Source: Sphaeroforma arctica JP610 (Eukaryota). From it: a stretch of 64,000 bases of DNA. The position numbers were made by a program, and so were the translations under genes. Below the pieces are notes generated by a model that saw only the letters and a list, made by a program, of their open reading frames with translations, did not search any database and was not told the origin of the DNA. How positions within the stretch are numbered: the first letter of the stretch is position 1; each line of letters opens with the position of its first letter. This document shows, piece by piece, positions 1-10,075 of the stretch. The stretch spans positions 58,864 to 122,863 of the forward strand of contig NW_014040504.1 in the NCBI RefSeq assembly GCF_001186125.1, written 5' to 3'.

Positions 1-470
1 TATAATATATATATATGTATAATATACTAAATTTTCATGCTCTATACGTTATTTCAAATACACAGATGAGTTGTACACAAATCAAACGATTTACATGTTG
101 TGCAGGTTGCGTATGTCTACGAAGGGAGCAGCACATGTGTCCGAAATTTTGATCCCATGGAATCAAAGGAACGGACATTGGAACCTGACGATCGTTACAT
201 TGTATAAATTAACACTACAGATATTATATTAGATAGTATGCCAACTCCTGCTAGAGCTGCTTTATATAGTAAGATGGAAATACAATTCTCATATGATCCT
301 GTAAAAGAGCATCATCGACCACGTGAGTTGCGCACTAGGCAGTGAGATAAGCTTGAATGAAGTAGCATATACAAACAACAAATAATAAAAGACAACATAA
401 CCTCCCTCAACAAATATATTCGTCAAAGATTTATATAGCCGAAGGCTCTTTCATTTAAATTTAAACAAAT

Positions 471-650
471 TTTGTACGATAAAGTCACTAAATGTACATA
501 TAAAAATTGTAATTGTCGCTAAATGTACATTTGTACATATTTGATCAATATTTCAGTACGTTTTCATCGACAAAATGGGCGAATGTACATTTATTTAGCG
601 ACTTTTCTACATTTTGAATGTACATTTAGCGACTTTGTTCTATTTACAAA
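471..650. mobile_element. Small fold-back / MITE-like element (degenerate palindrome)
   Basis: AAAGTCACTAAATGTACAT (481-499) is the near-perfect reverse complement of ATGTACATTTAGCGACTTT (618-636). A second internal pair (GTCGCTAAATGTACATT / AATGTACATTTATTTAGCGAC) extends the palindrome. No coding capacity. Confidence 0.55.
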
Positions 651-1487
651 CTCGGTTCCCATATCAGATTGCGATTTTGTAGCAAATCCTTGTTTGCAAA
701 TATCTCGATAATCCTCGCCGTTATCTCTTTCATCTTCAACGAGGTTGCCCGAAGAATTGAGCACCCGGAAGCCACATCTAGCAGGTGCAAAAACAGTTTG
801 TTCGAAGTCACGGGCATCGGTATGTAATCAAGCTGCACATGGTCCCAGTGTAAGATTCGGTCTATTAAAGGCGATACTAATGCCTTAGAATAAATAAACG
901 CGTAAATAAATTCTATATCGTGTAAATATCGATATAAATAAACGAAATGAGACGTTTAATAAAGTTAGTTTTGCCTCGTGAAAACAGCAATACTCTGAGG
1001 GATTGTGAGGCTGAGACATTGCCTATATATAATCCTCTCAGTACTGTTTCCGCCGAAGGGATTTTATTTAGTGTTTCGTTGTCGCTCTATTCTGGGGCGA
1101 ATCCGTGAGACTCATAAAATCCTATCTTTAGAATAAATAAATAATAAATAATAAATACTCTTGACGTCTTTAGTTATTGTCTTAACCAATAATTTGCCAC
1201 TATCAAGAATTATCGACTTAGCCTTAATCAGACTGGCACATCTGGTTGGCTTATCGGAGGATCAACTAGGTAACGTTAATAGTCCCTAGAAACCTATATT
1301 CGGTTGAGCCATCTCGCTACCGAAGTATTAAGATATAAATAAAATTGGAAAGTAAATAAAGCTCTATTAATAGAACTAGACCAACTCTTTTATGTTTGGT
1401 ATTTTACTGAGGCCTTTTAATGGCCTCATCCAAATATCTGATATATTAAAAGGATAAGGTTTAATTAATAAAACCATTAAAAACCAT

Positions 1488-1615
1488 TTTAGGAAACTTA
1501 AGAACTTCGTGCTATTTAAGAGCACATTTAGGAGACTTAAGTTCTTCGTACTATTAAGAGCACATTTAGGAGACTTAAGTTCCTCGTACTATTAATAGTA
1601 CGTTTATAATTTGCG
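1488..1615. repeat. Tandem repeat, ~38-bp unit, about 3 copies
   Basis: TTTAGGAGACTTAAGTTCTTCGTACTATTAAGAGCACA repeated with few substitutions, just beyond the point where the retrotransposon integrase is truncated. Confidence 0.85.
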
Positions 1616-1659
1616 TACTGCTTAAGAGTACGTTTATACATAGAGTCTAATGTGGAGGC

Positions 1660-1900
1660 CCGGCTTATTACACCAGGGATAATGAGCGTCTATACTCATC
1701 ATCGGGTGGAATCCCTTGCGCAGGGTATCCTGCCCTAAGCATTCAGCACACCGCCGTTTCACTTCCTTTGCTAGCTCTAGTACCACTGGCCATACGTGCC
1801 CGTCATTTTGTATCTGTAAAACCGTGTCGGACGCTCCGTGGTGACCGTGTTCATGTCGGGCTCTGGTCAGATATGTGCATCGTTGCCGATCTTCCGGCGA
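1660..1900 (-). pseudogene. Retrotransposon integrase N-terminal HHCC zinc finger (core missing)
   Basis: ORF 1634..2104 contains RHEHGHHGASDTVLQIQNDGHVWPVVLELAKEVKRRCAECL followed by GFHPMMSIDAHYPW. This is the H..GH.G...W...C..C pattern plus the 'P..PW' linker that precedes Gypsy integrase cores. Confidence 0.8.
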
Positions 1901-2059
1901 CGCTTGTGCAAACACCGGTTGGTCCGCAGCGTTCGCCATCGCTATCAAAATCTCATGAACTGTGTTCAAGCATTGATAAGTCGGTGTATGGTTTGGTTTG
2001 GCATAACCTAACCGTTGCATGAATGTCTCCAATAATGTATAATCATTAGAAGGTCCCAC

Positions 2060-2442
2060 CCGAGCAATAACCGTATACCCCACGGGGAATTGCCACACGC
2101 GCACTTAGCGAGGTTCAAAAAAGTGTGCGGTGTCCGTGGAACTACCGCCGCCTCTATCTGAAGGAGTGACTTAAACAGGTCAAAACATGGTGCCCGTAGG
2201 AGCCAAGGCAAATATACTGTAGCTGAGGCACACTCCGCCTTAAGTTTCAGTAGCATGCTATGTATGTGAAACCACGGTGGATTCATCCACCCGCTAACCA
2301 TGGACCAATCATGGACAAAGGCACCTCCTCGAGCGTCGTCGGTCCTGAAGCGCTCTAGTTGTACTTTGTTAGGTGACGCGAACACATCGATATCATTCGG
2401 TCCAAAGATTTGCTGTGCCTGTTGGGGAACAGCTACCAGCAC
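2060..2442 (-). pseudogene. DNA N6-adenine methyltransferase domain (DIRS/phage Dam-like)
   Basis: IFGPNDIDVFASPNKVQLERF...GAFVHDWSMVSGWMNPPWFHIHSMLLKLKAECASATVYLPW: SAM-binding motif I (DxFA), catalytic NPPW and the downstream 'hhhP.W' strand, as in DIRS MT domains. Confidence 0.85.
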
Positions 2443-2479
2443 TCGGCATACATGATCTCTGGAACCTCGACTTCTGTTG

Positions 2480-3333
2480 ACCCTTCGTACACTTTACTTA
2501 TAATATCTGGGAGAATGATCTTTTCCCCCGGGACACGAGGTATTGTGAAGTTAAAGGGCGCTATTAGGTGGTGCCTTCGTTGCAGCATCGGATTCAGCTT
2601 GTGAGAGACTATAGATCTCAGGCCAGATTTTACAGCAAAAACCCCTCTTTGATTTACGGAAGTCATCAGTGTTAGCTCACTCCCGAGAGATAAGTCATCA
2701 GAGGTAGCTCGCTCTCGAGAGCTAATCAAGTTGCTTAATTACTCCCAAGAGTTGAGTTATTACTTAATCGAGTTCCGAGAGCAGATTAAGTTTCTCGACC
2801 GATTCCCGAGAGTGGATTAAGTCGGTCAACCGCAACATTCTAAAAATAGCTGCTGTTCTATGTGAGTCACAATCTATGCGGAAAAGCATCATGTGATCAG
2901 CGTTAGATTTTGTTACAGAGAAGTTGAACTAGAATAGCATCGAAGTGTTAAAATGTTCTGCATAAGGTTTCTCATACTGACCATATGAATTTTTACCCTG
3001 GCCAGCCCAAAGGTTAGGTCAGAAATAAATACATACATTTGCACTTTATTTAAAGTCTACTACATTGCACTCTAATAGCTTGAGTTGTGAGTTCATGTAC
3101 AATAGGGCTGTATGGTCCGTGAAGACTGCAAATCGCTGCCCAATTAGGTGTTCCCTAAAATGGGTCAAACCGTAAACTAACGCCTGTAGCTCTTTCATTG
3201 GTGTGGCGTACTTCTGCTGTGCCTGGTTGAAGGTTTTACTGAAAAACGTGCGGTAGTGTTTCTTCGAGTCAACCCATTGGAATAGCATCCCCCCCTCCCC
3301 CCCCCAAACCGTAGTCACTGGAACCCCTTCCAC
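2480..3333 (-). pseudogene. Retrotransposon RNase H, split by a solo LTR
   Basis: FFSKTFNQAQQKYATPMKELQALVYGLTHFREHLIGQRFAVFTDHTALLYMNSQLK (3078-3250) continues beyond the LTR as KLNPMLQRRHHLIAPFNFTIPRVPGEKIILPDIISK (2480-2599). Together these form the Ty3-type RNase H. Confidence 0.9.
2600..3077 (+). mobile_element. Solo LTR (~480 bp) inserted in RNase H
   Basis: Termini TGTGAGAG...CTCTAATA are variants of the TGTTAGAG/CTCTAACA inverted ends. It is the reverse complement of the copy at 9590-10075, has AATAAA near its 3' end, and has a short AGC/AAGC target duplication (read on minus). Confidence 0.85.
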
Positions 3334-3375
3334 CGGGAAGTTTAGTGCTACATACTGTGTTCACAATCGCTTCTT

Positions 3376-4210
3376 TCATGGCCAACCATGCTGCCACATG
3401 CCGCTCCTCTCAGCGGTTTCCATTCGGCTCGTTGGTTTGAGCTCGCAAAATGCCCGTAAGGGTACTACGGTATGAGCGAAGTTTGGCAAGTGTTCGTGGA
3501 GAAAGTTTGCAAGTCCCGGTACCGAAGCAATGTGCTTATATCGCTGATGCGTGGGCCAATCCAGCAGCTTCGCTTGATTTTCACAATCGACGTCAATCCC
3601 CTGGGCCGATACTTTATTCCCTAATATCATATCCTCTGCTATCGCAAAGTTGCAATTCTCCGCATTAAGCTTAAAACAATGATATGTCAGACGGCGAATC
3701 ACCTCCTGTGTGAGCCGTATTTGTTCGTCCAAGTCATCCCCTGCGATCAGGATGTCGTCTATGTAATGATGGACGGGCAGACCGTCCAGAATTGTGCTGA
3801 GGGTTCTCTGAACCAGTTGAGTCAGCACATGTAGCCCAAAAAGTGCCGAGGTAACAAGTATTGATAGCGATCATGAGTGAAGCTAAACAGATACGGTGAG
3901 TCGGGATGTATAGGTAGCCGGCGATAGGCGGCCGATATGTCCAGTGTCGTATATAGTACCTGCGACTATTGAGTCGTGAAATAATCTCGTTAATTTTGGG
4001 AACCAGAAATTGATCATCTGGAATGAGGGCATTCGCTGCTCGCATATTGGTCCATGCAAACTCGTACCTTCTTCACTCGCCCCTCGCTATCGAAAGTGGG
4101 TACCGCCAATAATGGAAGATCCACTGTCGTACGTGTAGTTCGTTTGACAATCACTGAGTCCCGTAACCACTTCTGAACCTGCTCCTCGACATATGGGAGT
4201 CATCTATCAG
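3376..4210 (-). pseudogene. Reverse transcriptase (Ty3/Gypsy type), frameshifted
   Basis: DDQFLVPKINEIISRL, HYIDDILIAG (YxDD catalytic motif), FKLNAENCNF...ILGNKVSAQGI and GLANF motifs lie in ORFs 3734..4045 and 3376..3828. Confidence 0.92.
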
Positions 4211-4469
4211 ATGCAAGTTTGCGTATTGATCGTTTCATACTCATAGCTTGGTCTCGTAACCAGTATAGCCACCTTGCTTCCTTCTAGGCGGCAGCGAGCA
4301 TTATCCGCAATTACCGCGTTGTCGTCTAGTTCTTTCCGTAGCAGATCCCGTACCCCTGTAGGCTCTGTGGTATTCGGGGCTTGCCGGCGTGGTAGTGATG
4401 TCAACAAGTCCAGTTTCGTGGGGTCGATGGGCATCAGCGGGGACTGAATTCGTCCCAGAAATAACCTAG

Positions 4470-4800
4470 CCCTGGCACAATATCTAGTCCTAGTATCATA
4501 TCGAGTCCATCTGGTAGGTTCATTAGCTCTAATGACCCCTTCGTGATCTTAGTGCCGTATCAAATCGGTAGTACCTCCGTCATCTTCAGTTGCAGAGTAC
4601 TCACCGCCTTGTCGGCCAATTATAAGTACGATTCTTGTGGTGCTGAAGTGATTGGTTGGTTAAGTATGTCTGCGGATGTCGTCGAGATACAACTTCTGTT
4701 CACACCGGTATCAACCAGTGCCCGGAACGTACGCCCATTCAACTGTAGTTTAATGTAGACCCTGTTATCTGAACTAGCCAATGGGTCGCGGATTGCTAAT
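4470..4800 (-). pseudogene. Retropepsin-like aspartic protease
   Basis: IKLQLNGRTFRALVDTGVNRSCIS (DTG active site) and a downstream MILGLDIV motif at about 4476-4499. Confidence 0.9.
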
Positions 4801-6419
4801 ACCATGTTAGTAGAATCTATAAACGTCAAAGTTAAATCCTCATCTGACACCCTGATGTCGTATAGCTGTTGCTCTGTCGCAGCCCATAATTCTTGGTTAG
4901 CATTCGAAATTGACGACTCTTGTGCCCTATAATTACTAGTGAGAATCGAACTAATGTATACCTCCGTAGCATTTGGTATTGCTTCCACGCTTTCTTCTTC
5001 GGACACCATACTGACCTATGGGCCTCCTGATGACGTGCCAATTGATCTATCCGCTAGTCCCATCAATCTTTCCTGAACCACTACAGCGACTATGAGAGCC
5101 ATACCATATGTTCATATATTGTATCATACATACTTGCCATTTTGGAAATAAACAATATTATCCCTATGTCCGCTGTTTCCGATGCTGGTGGGCCTCCTCC
5201 CCCACGTTGAGTCGTCGGTGCTCTCATCTGGTCTGGTGGTCGTGTACTATTGTTCGTCGCATATGTTTGGGGTTAGCTACTGCTCCGGTAGTTGTGACAT
5301 CGTGATATATGTCGCAAACCTGGAGGTGCTTGTGCCTAACATCCAAAAAATAATATGATCTATGACGGTATCTGCGGTCTGTGGTGCCAATTTTGATGTT
5401 GACGATGAGTAGTCTGCGGGTTAGGTCGGCTGTTCGTAGGTTCTGATCGCAGTCCGCCGTCCCCTTGCGTTCGTTTGTTCGTCAGGCGAGCCGTCGTATG
5501 GATCTGGGTCTCTTGTATATCTGGACTTTGCAATTGTAATAGGGCGGGTGCCTTCATTAGGTGCCAGTTTGTGTGTATCTGTATTGTGCATCCGTATGTA
5601 CGCGCCCCCAGACTATCTTTAGTAATTGTACAATACAGTGGTCAAGTCAACTCTGCTTAATGTCCGAATCATTCTGACTGCGTTCATGGACTCGTCGGTG
5701 ATTCTTTATAAGATACGTCATTTAATCGATAATAGAAACACTCATCAACTTGATGTGGCCTTTAGCTCGTTTCCGGGATGTCGGATCTACCATCGCCTGT
5801 GTCTCATGTTCAATCGACCAATATTTTGTGATTAGATCTTATATAGTCAAGTGTTGACTGTTGCGCCTTGAAATGGTTCAACACCTTAAAAAATCACCGT
5901 AAGCTTCGTTCTTCGTCCAACCCAGATATCTGTGCATTCATCCAAGCTTCTGAGTGTCCCCTGTATGACGTTTCAGTATATTGTTGTTATACCTGTTGCA
6001 TGGCCACTTCGGCCAACTTTGAGGTTCCCGGGGTTTTTTCTTCCCGACTGGTCACGACTCATGCGTGGCGCGTAAGGTATCTAATACTCCCCTCAGAGCC
6101 TCTGCTCTTGATAAGTCATTATCATCTGCTGCCCCATACATCTTCTCAGATAACGTAACATACGAGCGTGTATTGCCTGACGATCTGCCAAAATACTCTC
6201 CGGTCTCGGCAATGATAAAGATGGTCTCGGTTTTGGTTGTGGGGTTGCCATGGTACTACTCGTTGTCGCCTTTAAGGTCTGTCTACTCGGTGAATCATGT
6301 AGTGCTTCATTTATGAACTGGTTATTCTGTCGCTGAGTATGAAGTGCTCCTCCCAAACGTTCCCGACGATTCGCCAGCGCTTTCTGGCCATGAGGGTCTT
6401 GTTCAGCCCGTTGCTGCTC

Positions 6420-6837
6420 TGGAATAAAATATATAAACAGCGGTAAAGTGCGTATGTATGTATTTATTTGTGACCTCACTTTTGGTTTTATACTTAAGGT
6501 GTTTGTGCTAGTGTTCAGCCACTTGGGTTGGCCAAAGTAAAACCTCATATGGTCAGTATGAGAAACTTTCTGCAGAACACTTCAATACTTCGATGCTATT
6601 CTATTTCGATTACTCTGCAGCTAAACTTCACGTTGACTACATGATACCCTTCCGCATAGGTTGTGACACACATAGAGCCGCTTAATCCACTCTCGGGAGT
6701 TGGTTGAGAAACTTAATCTGCTCTTGTATTAACTCAGCTCTCGGGAGTAATCTAAGCAACTTGATTAGCTCTCGTTAGTGAGCTTACTCTGATGACTCCT
6801 ATAAACCAAAGAAATATTCTTATTGTAGTCTCTAACA
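6420..6837 (-). mobile_element. LTR, probable 5' LTR of the Gypsy element
   Basis: Related to 2600-3077 and 9590-10075 (CATATGGTCAGTATGAGAAAC, CTCTCGGGAG sub-repeats). It ends TAGTCTCTAACA at 6837 and lies directly upstream of, and co-oriented with, gag-pol. The left boundary is approximate. Confidence 0.7.
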
Positions 6838-7298
6838 GTCGGGGATCGATATCCTATCTCGTGACATTCAGCACCCTTGCCTGCAATCCTGAATGATAAC
6901 GTTTCATTCTCGGGGGACTCTGATTGTTGTCCTGGACTCGACTCTGGCTGTTGTAACTGACTCGAAATTTGCTCGTATTTTACATGTAGCTCCTGCTGCT
7001 TTCTCATCAACTGCTGTGTTTTTGGATGTCGTTCCTTGTCTTGTTTCAACTGTCAGCGACGCTGCTTTGAGCGTTTCAGTGGACTTGCTGTCACCGGCTC
7101 TCCCCGGTCGGCTGCCTGTCTCATCTCTTGCCTAGTAGTCTGCGGAAATCCTTGAGGTTGTCCCTCTTGTGGCGGTGAGTAAAGCACACTCGACTGTCGC
7201 TGGCAAATCAAGAATGCCTGTTATAGAATTTGCCTGTTCCCTTGGAATTCAGCACCCGTATGGGTTCTCGATATCCCCAAGGTGCTTGGCGCTATGGA

Positions 7299-7525
7299 TG
7301 TTAGAGTGTAATGTGGGGGACCAAAAGTTATTAGAGTGCAATGTAGTAGACTAGTAGACTTTAAATAGAGTGCAAATGTATCTAAAGAATGATGCGTTCG
7401 AATGAATTTATTCATGATCACACGCTCAGTTATATACTGAAGGTGGTTGTGCTAGTTTTTTTGGGCTAGTCGGGATAAAACCTCATATGATCAGTATGAG
7501 AAACCTTATGCAGAACACTTTTGTA
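7299..7525 (-). mobile_element. LTR fragments (two adjacent LTR termini plus an internal piece)
   Basis: TGTTAGAGTGTAATGT at 7299, TATTAGAGTGCAATGTAGTAGAC at 7329, and CCTCATATGATCAGTATGAGAAACCTTATGCAGAACAC near 7481. Confidence 0.75.
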
Positions 7526-7729
7526 CTCAGATATATTTTCTAAAAATAAAATATCTCACCTACTTTGTTACGTACTCTCAGTCTCGGACCTCGGCTCTCG
7601 GCTAGCCGGTGGCCCGTGTCCTATAAATATAATATTGTGAGAAGTCTTAAATTACTCTCACGTTCGGGCTAAAACATATATTAATTTTGGAACAAGTCCC
7701 AAATTACTCTCGGCTGACGGCGGAAAATG

Positions 7730-9400
7730 TTATTAACGTATTTATAACTACTCCTGTAGTCTCTCGATGGATGTCTCATGTGGCGTACCTTGGTTCGGTT
7801 CCTGACGTTGAGTGCCTCGCGGCTCCAAGCCCTGACGCTCCCGTGTCTCTAGCGCCAATTGTTGTTGATGTTGACTTTGGCGGATTGATGCCATTGTGGT
7901 TACTTATGTTCCTACAGTTATGTGCTTAACTGTGATCGTAAAGTTGACCCTCTTTGCTGGTGGCTGCTCATATTATAACAACCACCTTTGTACAGTATAG
8001 GTTACCATCATCCATTCAGTTCTTATGTGCACATACTTGTCTCGTGTCGTTCTGTGATAGGTTCAACCCTACACCGACGTCTGAGCTTACTCGCGTACCT
8101 CGTGCTTACTCTCGGCCTGTATGCTTACTCTCATGTTGCGTGCCTACTCTCATGCTCACCCCAATAATTACTCTCGTATGCTCCCTCACTCTGCCCCAAG
8201 TATGTTTGCTTGCCCGCTCTTCTAACCTGCACCGTTCTTACCCTTCACCTGCTCCATTCATCTTGTGTATCCGATCTGTATTCCTTATAGATGATAGTCT
8301 CCATGACCATTGTAGTTCCATGTAGCTATCCTCTATGTTACCTTACATATCACACCTACAGTATTCTAGATTTTTCTATCACTTTATCCGCTTCTTCAAA
8401 CTATCCTTTGAATATATGTTCTCTCTAACAGTATTCACGAAGGGCCCTGTATCTATGCCCTACTATGTATGTGCTGTTCCTGGACGTCTATGTTTCTTGT
8501 ACATATATTCTTTTGTGTTTACGTATATATGGACCCCTAATATTATGTACATTACGTTATGCTCCCATTCTCTATCTTGTTAATATGCTCCAACTTAACA
8601 TTTATACTTATACCGGCTAGTTCTAAAATGCTAACGCTCCTTTTTCTATGGTCATCATATGTCACTCCATTGTATGTCGCCCCAATTCCATGTCCCATGT
8701 ATTCGAAACTTTTCGCAGCTTACCAACCCTATTACTTCTTGCTTAAATTATGTGATATCATTCTGCTTGAGTGAATTATCGTTGCTTCAACTCTTCCTGA
8801 CCTTTCTCACTTGGGTTATTTGTCCTTGTCAACAACCTCGTTGCGTCGTTCATGTTACTTCCCATTTCTGGTCGACTTTCTTGTCCCATGTCCGGCTGGT
8901 CATTTTGTACCCTCGTTTGTTGCCAATCCTCTGTCTGCACATCATCCAACATAAGCTAACCATTGTCTTTGTATTATTCTTTGCATTTGTATCAACCGTA
9001 GACCTTACTTCTGATCAATGTTTTGGTTGCGTGTACCTCCATGCTTCGTCGTAGGTGTCGAATCGTTTCTTTCTCTTGCTGACACCACTTCTCCCTCGCT
9101 GTCACTATTGTTTGATAACAGTGATGGCATACTCGATTCACTGCTGTATATCCCGCTATCTGACGACTCTTGTACCTGGTTGTCTATGCGTCCTCCATTT
9201 ATTGCCATGGGCGGATTCGACCAGCTTCAATAACTATGTCTCAACGCACGCCCCTCTACAGAGGTTAGTCGTTGGTTATTTATTGAATATCTTTGTTTAT
9301 AAACCCATATGTTTTATTTGATCAGAAATACTTTAATAACCCTAGACCTAATTTACAAATTTTATCAAAATAAATCTAATGACCTCCTGACCAAATGTTG
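7730..9400 (-). pseudogene. Decayed gag-like retroelement sequence (tentative)
   Basis: Strand-biased, stop-riddled coding-like sequence beginning MAINGGRIDNQ... downstream of the minus-sense LTR at 9590-10075. No diagnostic motif recognised. Confidence 0.3.
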
Positions 9401-9589
9401 CACCATTTATGGCTGCAAGATTGAAAGACAAACATCAAACTGTAGTGCTGGAACAGACCGTGCGTTTATTAATCAAGCTGTACGGTTTGGCGAGGTCTTG
9501 ATTTACATAGTAGCAGATAGTTGTATTCTTTTTGCCAATAAGCCGTAAATGAAGCCTATCGGGAGAAGGACAAAGGAAATAGTTTCAAT

Positions 9590-10075
9590 TGTTAGAGTGC
9601 AATGTAGTAGACTTTAAATAAAGTGCAAATATATGTATTTATTTCTGACCTCACCTTTGGTTTTATACCCGAGATGTTTGTACTAGTGTTCAGCCACTTG
9701 GGCTGGCAAAAGTAAAAATTCATGTGGTCAGTATGAGAAACCTTCTGCAGAACACTTTAACACTTCAATGCTATTCTATTTCGACTTCTCTGCAATTAAA
9801 CCTCACGCTGATCTCACGATGTCTTTCCGCACAGGTCGTGACTCGCATAGAACGGCAGCTATTTTTAGAATGGTGGGGTTGGCAGACTTAATTCACTCTC
9901 GGGAGTTGGTAGAGAAACCTAATCTGCTCTCGGGAGTCGGTTAAGTATTGACTCAAATCTCGGGAGTAATCTAAGCAACTTGATTAGTTCTCGCGAGTGA
10001 GCTAACTCTGATGACTTCTATAAATCATAAAAGGTTTCTTGCTGTAAAATCTGGCCTGTGACCTGTAGTCTCTTA
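9590..10075 (-). mobile_element. LTR copy, same family as 2600-3077
   Basis: Starts TGTTAGAGTGCAATGTAGTAGACTTTAAATAAAG on + and is colinear (reverse complement) with 2600-3077 along its length, apart from a ~40-bp segment missing in the 2600 copy. Confidence 0.85.

Larger units (their letters stand above)
1634..6837 (-). mobile_element. Degenerate, 3'-truncated Ty3/Gypsy-type LTR retrotransposon carrying an adenine methyltransferase domain
   Basis: Minus-strand domain order: LTR (6420-6837), gag-like region, aspartic protease, RT, RNase H, MTase, HHCC zinc finger. Many frameshifts and stops; integrase core and 3' LTR not seen. Confidence 0.85.

Noticed and set aside
2008..2442. Stand-alone DIRS element or bacterial restriction-modification methylase
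   Set aside because: No tyrosine recombinase or restriction enzyme nearby. The domain sits directly between the Gypsy RNase H end and the HHCC finger in the same orientation.
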